From the NCBI GenBank assembly GCA_963842825.1, contig CAWJHX010000009.1:532520-572519 (forward strand): DNA of 40,000 bases, given 5' to 3'. A program made the position numbers and the translations under genes. Source of the stretch: Terriglobia bacterium. Its GTDB lineage: Bacteria; Acidobacteriota; Terriglobia; Bryobacterales; Bryobacteraceae. The stretch's first letter is position 1; each line of letters opens with the position of its first letter. This document shows positions 1 to 8,111 of the stretch, in pieces. Below the pieces are notes generated by a model. The model saw only the letters and a program-made list of their open reading frames with translations, was not told the DNA's origin and ran no database searches.

Positions 1-1410
1 AAGTACAAAGCGTGGATACGTTCTGAGGAGTGCATCAAGATCGACGACGTGGAGTTTCGAGTTATGGCTTAATGCGGTCATTGTAAGCGAATCGGTGTCG
101 TGACCGAAGTACCGCAAGTCCAGGCCGCTGCTGGCGGGATAGATGAGACGCTCGCGGATCCGCGGTGGTGCATAGTAGGACAGTTCCATGAACACGTGAT
201 TACTGGCGACGATAACGGGTTCTGAGCCGCCCTGCAGTGACGCTAACTCTCTTTGCACCATCTCAGCCTCTGCGCTAAGCACCAGCCTTGCGCGGAAGCT
301 GTGCACCTCGCGCAGGGCTATCAGGGCCACCAGCATGCCCAGCAGGCTGACAACCACCAGAATGTTGCCGCGTGCCGTTGCGTACAAGAGCGCCGTAGCC
401 AGCACCGCGATGCCGGGTACCGCCCACAGAACATAACGATCCACAAACACGTGTGTCGTGAATAACGCCAAAATTACAATGCAAAGCGGCATCAGCAAAA
501 ACGCACCGCCCGCTACCCATTCAGGCAGGGTCAAGGACGACTGGCTTGCACTTCGGCGGTCCAGCCTCGCTGACAACATCGCCAGCGAGCATAGAGGCAG
601 AACACATAATTCCAGAAACACGTAGCGGAAGTACCACCCCGGAATGGCGGTCCAGACAGCGGGAGACCAGTAGTGTGCCTGGAGCGGTTTGGTCGCCGCA
701 ATCAACGGGTAATGCAAGCCAAGCACGAGCAGGGCCGGTAGCATGGCGGCGAGGATGGGGAGGTCCAATTTCCCGGACCTTCGCCACCGCGCCATCTCCC
801 CCAAAAACAGCGGGACGAAAAAGAACAACGTGTAATAATGCAAGGCGATCATCAGTGCCAGACAGACGGCAAGAAGCGGTATCGCCAACGTCCTCCGATT
901 ACCGTCGATCGCAGATTGCCAGCACAGCAGCGCGCCCGCGACGCAGCAGAGAATAACGCCATAACTGCGGCCTTCGGTGGCGTATGGCTCGCAAACCTGG
1001 CAGGCAAGTAGCGCGGCAGCCAATGAATAAAGAACTGGAAGTCGCCGGCGGCAGAATGCCAGCAGGCAGAGAAACATGCCACAGTAGCCGAGAGTGGAGG
1101 GCAAGCGAACAGCTAGCGCGTCGTTCCGGACCCACGGCAGAATCGAATGGACAACCATAGCGTACAGGGGGGGTTGACTGTCGGCACTCTCCAGCGTCGC
1201 CCTGATGATTTCGCTTGAACTTGCCTGCTGCGCCATGCGGAGCGTATAAAATTCGTCGTTCCACATCTTGGTCCGTAGATCCTTTGCGATGCTGACGCCC
1301 AGAAGCACCAGTGCAAAGAGAACTGCGAAGAGCCAGCAATGCCTTTCCAGAGTAAAGTTCGTCTCGTCGACTGCGCGAAGGAAGACAGATCGCTTGGGGA
1401 ACGAAGTCAT
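1..1410 (-). CDS. GT-C fold membrane glycosyltransferase, family 39/83 (ArnT/PMT-like); 3' end lies beyond the window edge
   Basis: Absent from the supplied ORF track because it is open to position 1. Manual minus-strand translation from the ATG at 1410-1408 gives 470 uninterrupted codons: MTSFPKRSVFLRAVDETNFTLERHCWLFAVLFALVLLGVSIAKDLRTKMWNDEFYTLRMAQQ...QPPLYAMVVHSILPW..., with many hydrophobic spans. The DEFY / PPLY first-loop pattern is typical of ArnT/PMT_2 enzymes. The listed overlapping ORFs (275..520, 521..787, 899..1462) are Arg/Ser-rich off-frame shadows. Confidence 0.6.
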   Translation of the reverse strand, partial: MTSFPKRSVFLRAVDETNFTLERHCWLFAVLFALVLLGVSIAKDLRTKMWNDEFYTLRMAQQASSSEIIRATLESADSQPPLYAMVVHSILPWVRNDALAVRLPSTLGYCGMFLCLLAFCRRRLPVLYSLAAALLACQVCEPYATEGRSYGVILCCVAGALLCWQSAIDGNRRTLAIPLLAVCLALMIALHYYTLFFFVPLFLGEMARWRRSGKLDLPILAAMLPALLVLGLHYPLIAATKPLQAHYWSPAVWTAIPGWYFRYVFLELCVLPLCSLAMLSARLDRRSASQSSLTLPEWVAGGAFLLMPLCIVILALFTTHVFVDRYVLWAVPGIAVLATALLYATARGNILVVVSLLGMLVALIALREVHSFRARLVLSAEAEMVQRELASLQGGSEPVIVASNHVFMELSYYAPPRIRERLIYPASSGLDLRYFGHDTDSLTMTALSHNSKLHVVDLDALLRTYPRFVL

Positions 1411-1646
1411 TGCTTGAGGATCTACAGTCACGTCTTGATAGACCGCCGAGTGTAATGAACATGGTAACCCACTTCCCTTGGCTAAATGGACTTGGCGGCG
1501 GGAGGATATTCCGGACAAACAGAACAGATGTGCACGAACGTTATGGCCGTTTTTGACGTGCGAGCGAATGCTGTTCCGCGCTCGGCGAGCTGACCTGACA
1601 CAGGTAAAAATAACAATCGGCAGCGGAATTCGATCATGATCGCTTT

Positions 1647-2909
1647 CTAGGCCAGCCCGCGTGCGACGTCCAGCACCGGCTTGCCGCTCGACCGGATCTT
1701 CGCGGCCAGCTCCGCGGAAGGCTTCTGCGTGATCACTAGACGGTCCGCCCATCCGGCTAGCTCGTCGAATCCGGCCGTGAGCAGCTTACCGATGTGCGGA
1801 ATGGCGTTCAGGATGTAATCACGATTCGATCCGTAAATCCGGTCCATCTGGATGTGCGGATCATACACGCGAAGATCGCGTCCTTTGCCGAGGAGCTGTT
1901 CGAGCATCGTCACCACGGGGCTTTCGCGCAGATCGTCTGTATTTTCCTTGAACGCCAGGCCCACTACACCGAGTTTCACCGCTCCGAGATCCAAGGCGGC
2001 TTGCGTGGCGCGCTTAAGATGCTGGTCGTTGCTTTCGAGAACCGATTCGAGCATCGGCAGCTTCAGATCCAGCCGCGCGGCGCGATATCGCAATGCCCGC
2101 AGATCCTTGGGCAGGCAGGATCCGCCGAAAGCGAATCCTGGTTTCAGATACGCGGCGGAGATGTTCAGTTTGTCATCGCGGCACAGCGTCCCGAGCACTT
2201 CCTCGGGCGGCACGCCCAGAGCTTCCGCGAGCGCGCCGACCTCATTGGCGAAACCGATCTTCACCGCGTGAAACGCATTGCAGGCGTACTTGATCATTTC
2301 GGCGGTTCGAAGAGCCACCAGGCAGGGCTCCACATCCAGGCTCGCGTATAACGAAGCCACCCTCTGCATCGCCTTCGAATCATGTCCCCCGACCACCACC
2401 AGAGCCGGTTCCATGAAGTCCTTAATCGCCGCGCCTTCGCGCAAAAACTCCGGATTGGCCACCACGCGAATCAGATCCAAGCCCTTTAAGGCGGGCATCA
2501 CCACCTGCTCGCAGGTGCCCGGAAAAACGGTGCTGCGGATCGCCACCACCAGCGGCCGGGTACGTCCCGCACACGCCGAAGCGACCTCTTCGGTGGCGCG
2601 CCGCAACTGATCGAGGCCCAGATTCCCGTTGCGCTCCGAGGGCGTGCCGACGCACACCAGCGCGACATCGGCTTCGTCCAGCGCCTCGGCGGTGGAGATG
2701 GATGCAGTCAGGCGCCCGGCCGAGACGTTTTCCTTCACCAGCGTTTCCAGGCCCGGCTCATAGAACGGAGCTTCCCCGCGGCGGACGCTCAAAACCTTGT
2801 GTTCGTCTCGATCGACACCGCAGACAGTGTGTCCGGTACTCGCCAGACACGCCGCCGTGACGCAGCCGACGTAACCCAATCCGAGCACCGCTACGTGCGA
2901 TTTTTCCAT
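1647..2909 (-). CDS. Nucleotide-sugar 6-dehydrogenase, GDP-mannose dehydrogenase (AlgD)-like
   Basis: N-terminal Rossmann motif VAVLGLGYVGCVTAACL. Catalytic-Cys motif GFAFGGSCLPKDLRAL (the SCLPKD form is typical of AlgD-like enzymes rather than the SCFPKD form of Ugd). Length is about 420 aa. Start placed at the ATG at 2909 (MEKSHVAVLG...); the track ORF extends to a GTG at 2942. Confidence 0.85.
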   Translation of the reverse strand: MEKSHVAVLGLGYVGCVTAACLASTGHTVCGVDRDEHKVLSVRRGEAPFYEPGLETLVKENVSAGRLTASISTAEALDEADVALVCVGTPSERNGNLGLDQLRRATEEVASACAGRTRPLVVAIRSTVFPGTCEQVVMPALKGLDLIRVVANPEFLREGAAIKDFMEPALVVVGGHDSKAMQRVASLYASLDVEPCLVALRTAEMIKYACNAFHAVKIGFANEVGALAEALGVPPEEVLGTLCRDDKLNISAAYLKPGFAFGGSCLPKDLRALRYRAARLDLKLPMLESVLESNDQHLKRATQAALDLGAVKLGVVGLAFKENTDDLRESPVVTMLEQLLGKGRDLRVYDPHIQMDRIYGSNRDYILNAIPHIGKLLTAGFDELAGWADRLVITQKPSAELAAKIRSSGKPVLDVARGLA

Positions 2910-3076
2910 TTCAGAGGTCACAGGATTCCAGTTTCCCACCACGGCGGAGGGAAAGGCGACTTTTTCCCGCGGCTATTGCCGGCCGGGCGGGACGAAATCT
3001 TCTATTGCCGCGCATCTACGAGCCGCGACCAGAGGGAGCGGTTAAGCACTGCTATTGTTATGACCGGGACCTCTTA

Positions 3077-3802
3077 CTAGATCCAGCCGCGCGCCCAGTA
3101 ATAGGCGATCTTGGAGGTCTCCACCGAAAGCACCAGGAAAACCTCCCAGCGCCGATACCAAACCGATGTCCGCTTGAGCAAGTCCGGAATCGGCCGCGGC
3201 CGGGCCCGCAGGCCTACCTTGCGCGCTGCGCGGATGGCGCGGAACATATGGTAATCGCTGGTGAGCAGAACGACGCCGGCGTCGTTGCGACGGCTACCGG
3301 CGAGCCCATCCTGATCCACCAGCCGCTTCGCTTCCATCGCGTTCTCGCGCGTGCTACGGGAGGTGCGATCCACCAGCACGCGGTTGGGATCGACACCCTG
3401 GCTGACGACAAACTGGCGCATCGCCTCCGCGACCGGATTCGCCGGGGGGCCGCCGCATAGAATCATGCGCTGAAACCTGCCTTCGCGCCAGGCCCACACG
3501 GCATAAACCGTGCGCCAGTAGGATACCTCGCCGATCATGCCATCGCCTTGCACCTCGTTGCCGAACACCACCAGCGTATTTCCCGTGGGATCCCTCCAAT
3601 CGCCGGCCAGCGCTCGCGTCCACCACTCCGTCACGGGCGTCGCGACGATCAGCAATTGCAGCAGTCCCAGGATCGCCAGGGCGCCGGTGATCGTCCGGAC
3701 CATCCCCGGCTTTTGTGATTGGCCGGCCCTGCTTCGCTGGCCGAAACTTTGCGGCCGGCGCGGTCGTGGTTGAGAAAAAGAAGACATGATCGTGACTGTC
3801 AA
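3077..3802 (-). CDS. DUF218 (YdcF/ElyC-like) envelope-biogenesis protein with N-terminal membrane anchor
   Basis: TM segment ITGALAILGLLQLLIVATPV followed by a DUF218-like core: ILCGGPPANP...STRENA...VVLLTSDYHMFRA. Confidence 0.7.
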   Translation of the reverse strand: MTVTIMSSFSQPRPRRPQSFGQRSRAGQSQKPGMVRTITGALAILGLLQLLIVATPVTEWWTRALAGDWRDPTGNTLVVFGNEVQGDGMIGEVSYWRTVYAVWAWREGRFQRMILCGGPPANPVAEAMRQFVVSQGVDPNRVLVDRTSRSTRENAMEAKRLVDQDGLAGSRRNDAGVVLLTSDYHMFRAIRAARKVGLRARPRPIPDLLKRTSVWYRRWEVFLVLSVETSKIAYYWARGWI

Positions 3803-3842
3803 ACGTGGCGACGGTCATCCCCGGGACGGCGGAATCGGTGTC

Positions 3843-5333
3843 TCAAATGAACTTGATGCGCCGCATGGCCAGAAGCACCATGCGCAACAGGATCATGCCA
3901 TGCTTCCAGCGCTGGATATTGGTGTCCCCATACACCCTCTCGGCGTAACGGATCGGCAGATCCACCATCTTGAGATTGTACTTGGCGGCGCCGAAGATCA
4001 GATCGAAATCCCCGAACGGATCGATTTCGCCGAAGTAGGCGCGATTGCGCGCGATCACTTCGTAGTGCGCGCGGCTCAGCACCTTGGTGCCGCACAACGT
4101 GTCCTTGATGCTTTGATTCAGGAGCCATGAAAACGCCAGGCTGAAAAACTTGTTGCCGACCAGATTGAAGAATCGCATGGCGCGATCCTCCATGGGATAA
4201 ACTAGGCGGACGCCGTTGATATATTCCCCTTTCCCCGAGCGCCAGGCTTCGTAAAAACGCGGCAGATCCTCGGGCGGAACGGTCATATCCGCGTCCAGGA
4301 TCATGAGTACGTCGCCGGTGGCGTGGGCAAATCCCAGGCGTACGGCGTCGCCCTTGCCTTTGCCGGTCTGGCGAAATAGCCGGGCGTCGCGTCCCGGACG
4401 AAGCGCGAGTTCTCTTTCGATCGCCGCGTACGTATCGTCGGTGGAGTTGCCTTCGACGAAAATCAGTTCGGTCCCGCCGCCCATGTCAGGAACACGATCC
4501 AGGATGTGCGAGATGTTGCCGGCCTCGTTGCGCGCCGGGACCACTACACTAACCCGCGGCTCCGGCGGCGTAACGGGAACAGGCGCCGGCCGGGCCACCA
4601 GAAAATGCGTGATCGAGAAAATATTCCACGGCCACATCTTCACCAGGTAGCGATTCGCCAGCGCGTCGAGCCCCGGGGTGGGCACCGGCCACAGAATTTC
4701 CGGGCGCGTTTGAATCGTCTCAAATCCGGCGAGGTACAGGAGATTGTTCACGTCCGGAACGGTGAGCCAGTTCTGGCCCAGCTGCGGGCGCGCAATGCGG
4801 AGCGCTTCGGCAACGCGGCGCGGCCCCTCCCATAACCGGCTGTAGAAATTCATCACGACGCGGGTTCCGGGATGAACGCAATGATGCAAAGTTTCGAGCG
4901 TCTGCTGCACGTCCCACAGATCGTTGATCAGATCCGAGGCCACGACGAAATCGAAACGTTCTCCGCCAAGATCGAACGAATGAGCGTCGCCGGTCAGCAG
5001 ACGCAGGTTCGGATACTTGCGCCGGCCCTGCTCGAGGCGCGCGGGCGAAAGATCCAGTCCAACGCCTTCAGAGGGTCGCAGGGCCGCGAGCAGATCGCCT
5101 TCCCCGCATCCCAGTTCCAGAACGCGAGAGCCGGGAGGGATGACAAAGCGGTACAGTTCCGCGAGCCTCTGCCGGTAGAAGCGCCGGGGTCCGTCCCAGC
5201 CGGGCTGCTTGCGCGCGTAGGCATCCCAATAACGGCGGCGCTCCTCGGTGTAGGCCGCCTGTTTCGCCGCCGCCGCAACACCGTCGGAGGAAGCGCTGTT
5301 TTTGATGGGGACTTCGGTCTTCATGCCGGCCAT
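3843..5333 (-). CDS. Bifunctional class I SAM-dependent methyltransferase (N-terminal) :: family 2 glycosyltransferase (C-terminal)
   Basis: The methyltransferase motif I is VLELGCGEGDLL. The GT2 part has VSVVVPARNEAGNI (GT-A N-terminus) and the ILDADMT DxD motif. The protein is 496 aa. Confidence 0.8.
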   Translation of the reverse strand: MAGMKTEVPIKNSASSDGVAAAAKQAAYTEERRRYWDAYARKQPGWDGPRRFYRQRLAELYRFVIPPGSRVLELGCGEGDLLAALRPSEGVGLDLSPARLEQGRRKYPNLRLLTGDAHSFDLGGERFDFVVASDLINDLWDVQQTLETLHHCVHPGTRVVMNFYSRLWEGPRRVAEALRIARPQLGQNWLTVPDVNNLLYLAGFETIQTRPEILWPVPTPGLDALANRYLVKMWPWNIFSITHFLVARPAPVPVTPPEPRVSVVVPARNEAGNISHILDRVPDMGGGTELIFVEGNSTDDTYAAIERELALRPGRDARLFRQTGKGKGDAVRLGFAHATGDVLMILDADMTVPPEDLPRFYEAWRSGKGEYINGVRLVYPMEDRAMRFFNLVGNKFFSLAFSWLLNQSIKDTLCGTKVLSRAHYEVIARNRAYFGEIDPFGDFDLIFGAAKYNLKMVDLPIRYAERVYGDTNIQRWKHGMILLRMVLLAMRRIKFI

Positions 5334-5489
5334 GCAACGCCGTGTCCTGATTCACAACTTCCGCGGGCAGACCATCAGTGTCAGGATTCCGGGAATGTCA
5401 ATGATTCCAGTTTAGAGGAAGGGCCGCTCATCGGCGGTCTTCCGGCAAGGCCGATATGACTTTGTTTTCGCGCGCCGGTTTCCGGTGAG

Positions 5490-6317
5490 CTACTTTACCG
5501 TGACCTTCACGAACGCGTTGGTCCAGCAGCACTGATAACCGCCGCCGCCGGGACCCGAAAGATCGTTGGCGACGACGCGCAGCAGATACTCGCCGGGTTC
5601 GCTGAAGGTTGCCGTGGTGGAGGTCTTGCCGTTGAACGCCGCCTCGCCCGTGGTCTTTTCGATCGCCGGCTTGGTGGCCGCGAAAGTCACGTTGCCCGGC
5701 CCGCGATATTTGCTCCAGGTGATCGCCACCGGAATCGGACGCGGCCGTGGATTCGCGGAAGGGAGCTTCGCGTCGTCGGCGATCGAAAGCGGCAGCGGCA
5801 GCGGATTCGACGCGCTCACCGCCATATTGACGGTGATAGGCTTCGGTCCTTGGTTGGATTCCCCGTTTTCGAAACGCAGCACCGGCGGGGTGTTCCCGGT
5901 CGCTTCTTTATACGGCGAGATCTCCCACAGCGGATCGAGGCTCGCGGGGATGGAGGCCGTCTGGCCGTTCACCGTCAGCGTCCAGGTGACTTTGTTCTTT
6001 CCGAAATCCTTCGGGACGTTCACCATGAAGATGCCCCACTGCCGGCCCGGGATGAAATGCGTGGGCTGCCCGCGATCCGGCCCGCCCGGCTCGATGCGAT
6101 TGTTCGCTCCGGTGGGGACATCCAGCTCCTGCACCTGATTGCGGCTGAAGTATCCGAACGAGAGGCTATAGGTGCCGTCCGGATTCTGGAACCAGCCTTC
6201 GTAAGCGGGCGTCACGCCCTGGCCGCGATCGTGAAACGGCTCGATCGGCAGCGACTGCGCGGATAAGATCGTCGCGACGGCGCTGGTCACAACGCAAAAA
6301 CAGAACAGGTCCCGCAT
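5490..6317 (-). CDS. Secreted hypothetical protein, downstream in the operon with the cytochrome c/PHM-like gene
   Basis: Start placed at the internal ATG at 6317 (MRDLFCFCVVTSAVATILSAQS, signal-peptide-like), 11 nt after the stop of the upstream gene. No recognisable family. The antisense ORFs 5566..6138 and 5850..6266 are shadows. Confidence 0.6.
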   Translation of the reverse strand: MRDLFCFCVVTSAVATILSAQSLPIEPFHDRGQGVTPAYEGWFQNPDGTYSLSFGYFSRNQVQELDVPTGANNRIEPGGPDRGQPTHFIPGRQWGIFMVNVPKDFGKNKVTWTLTVNGQTASIPASLDPLWEISPYKEATGNTPPVLRFENGESNQGPKPITVNMAVSASNPLPLPLSIADDAKLPSANPRPRPIPVAITWSKYRGPGNVTFAATKPAIEKTTGEAAFNGKTSTTATFSEPGEYLLRVVANDLSGPGGGGYQCCWTNAFVKVTVK

Positions 6318-6328
6318 GGTTTTTTCGC

Positions 6329-7705
6329 TTACTTGCTGGCTTGCGCCCCCGCCTGTGCGACGGTCGCGCCCTTCTTGGCGAGATACGACTGATACTCCTC
6401 GTCGCTGAGGAACGTCACGTTGACCCACGCGTGCGCCATTTCATCGACCGTGCGCTCGCCCCATCCCACCCACTGCGTTGGATCCGGATTGTTCGGATTG
6501 TTGGCGGTGTTATCGTGCCAGGCGGTGACGTGAATCACGGTCCCCGCCGGCAGCACCGGCGCCGCGTCTTCCGCGTAAATATAATTGGTCATCCAGTTGA
6601 AGTTGAAGCGATCGACGTAACTCAGCATCTGCGTCGAGCCATCCGGCAGGATCGCTTCCATCGCCATGGCCTTGCCTCGCAGATGCATATGCGGCTGGAA
6701 ATTTTCCAACTTCGCGGGATGCCGCAACACGTGAAATCCCTGCGTCTCGGTTACGCTGTTCGGCGGAATATCAAGCGTCTGCTCGTGTTCGCCGCCGACA
6801 TAACTACCGGCCGTGAACGACAGCAAATAGGTGCGATCCTTCGGCTCCTGTCCCTTGGGATAGAAATAAATGGCGAGCTGCGTCTGACCCGTGATCTCCT
6901 CGCCCACCGCATGGAGGTGCAGCTCCCACCAGATCCGCGAACCGGGCAGAAGCAGCTTGCCCGTGCCGGGCGCGTACAGGTCGTAGCTCTTTCCGATGGC
7001 CCATTCCATCAGCATCCCCGGGCCGCTGTTGTTGGCGTCGACGGCGGTCAGCAGCGAGCTGCGCAGGTCCGGCTCCTCCTGCTGTAGCCGCGCGATCGCG
7101 TGATGCACGATGCGCCGGGCTTGCGGCGTGGTCGGCCGGATCTCCACGGCGCGCACCCACCGGGGCTCGGTGATCGGCACGTTCGCGTACGGCTTCCACC
7201 ATACGTCCTGACCGTGCGCAGGCATCGTATAAGGTTCCGACTCGATCACCAAATCGGGTTGGCCGAGCGTCTTCGCAAGCTGCCACTCTTTGAAATCCGG
7301 AAATTCCTTGGGAGGCGGCATGTCCTTGGGATCGCCCATGGGCGCGCCCGCGTCCACCCAGCGCGAAATCGTCGCGATCTGGTCGTCGCTGAGCGAGAAG
7401 TCGTTGGCGAATTTCTGGATGCCGACGGTCTTATCCAGGTGCCACGGAGGCATGGCCCGCGTCACCACCTTTTGCTTGATGGCTTTGGCCCACGGACGAG
7501 TTTCGTCGTAAGTGACGAGCGACATCGGCGCGCTCGATCCGACGCGGTGGCACTCCTGGCACTTTTCCTGAAAGATCGGAGCGATATCCTTTGTAAACGT
7601 GACCGGCTTCGCGGTCAGCTCCGCACCCGCCAATGATCCTGCCAGCAAGGTTCCCAACAAACCCGCGCCGATGCCTATTCCACCCCGGAATCCGCAAATG
7701 GGCAT
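6329..7705 (-). CDS. Cytochrome c domain fused to a PHM/DBH-like (copper type II ascorbate-dependent monooxygenase-like) two-domain beta-sandwich; secreted
   Basis: Signal-like N-terminus. Heme c motif CQECH in FTKDIAPIFQEKCQECHR...MPPW. All six PHM copper ligands are present in the canonical order: VHHAI (CuH His-His), WELHLHAV (CuH His), QPHMHLRGKAM (CuM HxH; compare PHM VHTHHLGK) and TVDEMAHAW (CuM Met; compare PHM SSDEMCNLY). AAGGAG RBS 7 nt upstream of the ATG. Confidence 0.7.
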   Translation of the reverse strand: MPICGFRGGIGIGAGLLGTLLAGSLAGAELTAKPVTFTKDIAPIFQEKCQECHRVGSSAPMSLVTYDETRPWAKAIKQKVVTRAMPPWHLDKTVGIQKFANDFSLSDDQIATISRWVDAGAPMGDPKDMPPPKEFPDFKEWQLAKTLGQPDLVIESEPYTMPAHGQDVWWKPYANVPITEPRWVRAVEIRPTTPQARRIVHHAIARLQQEEPDLRSSLLTAVDANNSGPGMLMEWAIGKSYDLYAPGTGKLLLPGSRIWWELHLHAVGEEITGQTQLAIYFYPKGQEPKDRTYLLSFTAGSYVGGEHEQTLDIPPNSVTETQGFHVLRHPAKLENFQPHMHLRGKAMAMEAILPDGSTQMLSYVDRFNFNWMTNYIYAEDAAPVLPAGTVIHVTAWHDNTANNPNNPDPTQWVGWGERTVDEMAHAWVNVTFLSDEEYQSYLAKKGATVAQAGAQASK

Positions 7706-7749
7706 ACACGACTCCTTTGTGCAGCAGTTTACTGGGTTTAGGGGTTGGA

Positions 7750-7763
7750 GTCAATGCGGTCGG
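7750..7763. repeat. Left copy of the 14-bp direct repeat GTCAATGCGGTCGG (putative target-site duplication of the casposon)
   Basis: Identical 14-mer at 24743..24756 in the same orientation. Each copy directly abuts the outer end of a terminal inverted repeat. Confidence 0.85.
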
Positions 7764-7799
7764 GGGTTAGGAGATAGAGGGTTTTGAAACCGCACCCCC
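7764..7799 (+). repeat. Left terminal inverted repeat (TIR-L) of the casposon
   Basis: GGGTTAGGAGATAGAGGGTTTTGAAACCGCACCCCC. The reverse complement of 24707..24742 is GGGTTAGGAGATAGAGGGGTTTGAAACCGCACCCCC, so 35/36 positions are identical. This also explains the shared peptide GCGFK(T/P)LYLLT in spurious ORFs 7738..8118(-) and 24637..24927(+). Confidence 0.9.
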
Positions 7800-8111
7800 T
7801 ATCTAACCGCGCGGTGCTCCATGTTTGTCGTGGCGACGCCGCGCCGCGATTTTGTGGGTGCAGCGTTGCGTAGCCGTCGGGTCTTGGATGAAACCGTGTC
7901 GGCTGTGAAGCCGAGAAAACACGGCTCTGCTGATTTAATTTAGTGCAGGGTGGAATAGCCCGCCGTAGCAGACCTTGCCGGTGACGCTCCTGTGGAAGCT
8001 GGTGTACTGGCCGCCACAGGCAACTTCTCCGGTCACGCCTTCGTGATAGCTGGTGTGACGGGCCAGAGATAAAGGACCAGAGGCGCGGCACACGTTTTAT
8101 ACTTTGGGGAA

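Noticed and set aside
899-1462. Track ORFs 275..520, 521..787, 852..1082 and 899..1462 (minus strand), and the short plus-strand ORF end at 1..72.
   Set aside because: Their compositions are Arg/Ser/Cys-rich and non-protein-like. The third minus-strand frame is open for 470 codons and encodes a convincing polytopic membrane protein, so these are frame shadows.
7750-7763. The 14-bp direct repeat as attL/attR of a tyrosine- or serine-recombinase genomic island, or as a tRNA-gene target.
   Set aside because: No integrase or recombinase gene lies within the bounded segment. No tRNA-like sequence was recognised at either junction. TIRs directly abut the repeats, which fits transposition rather than site-specific recombination.
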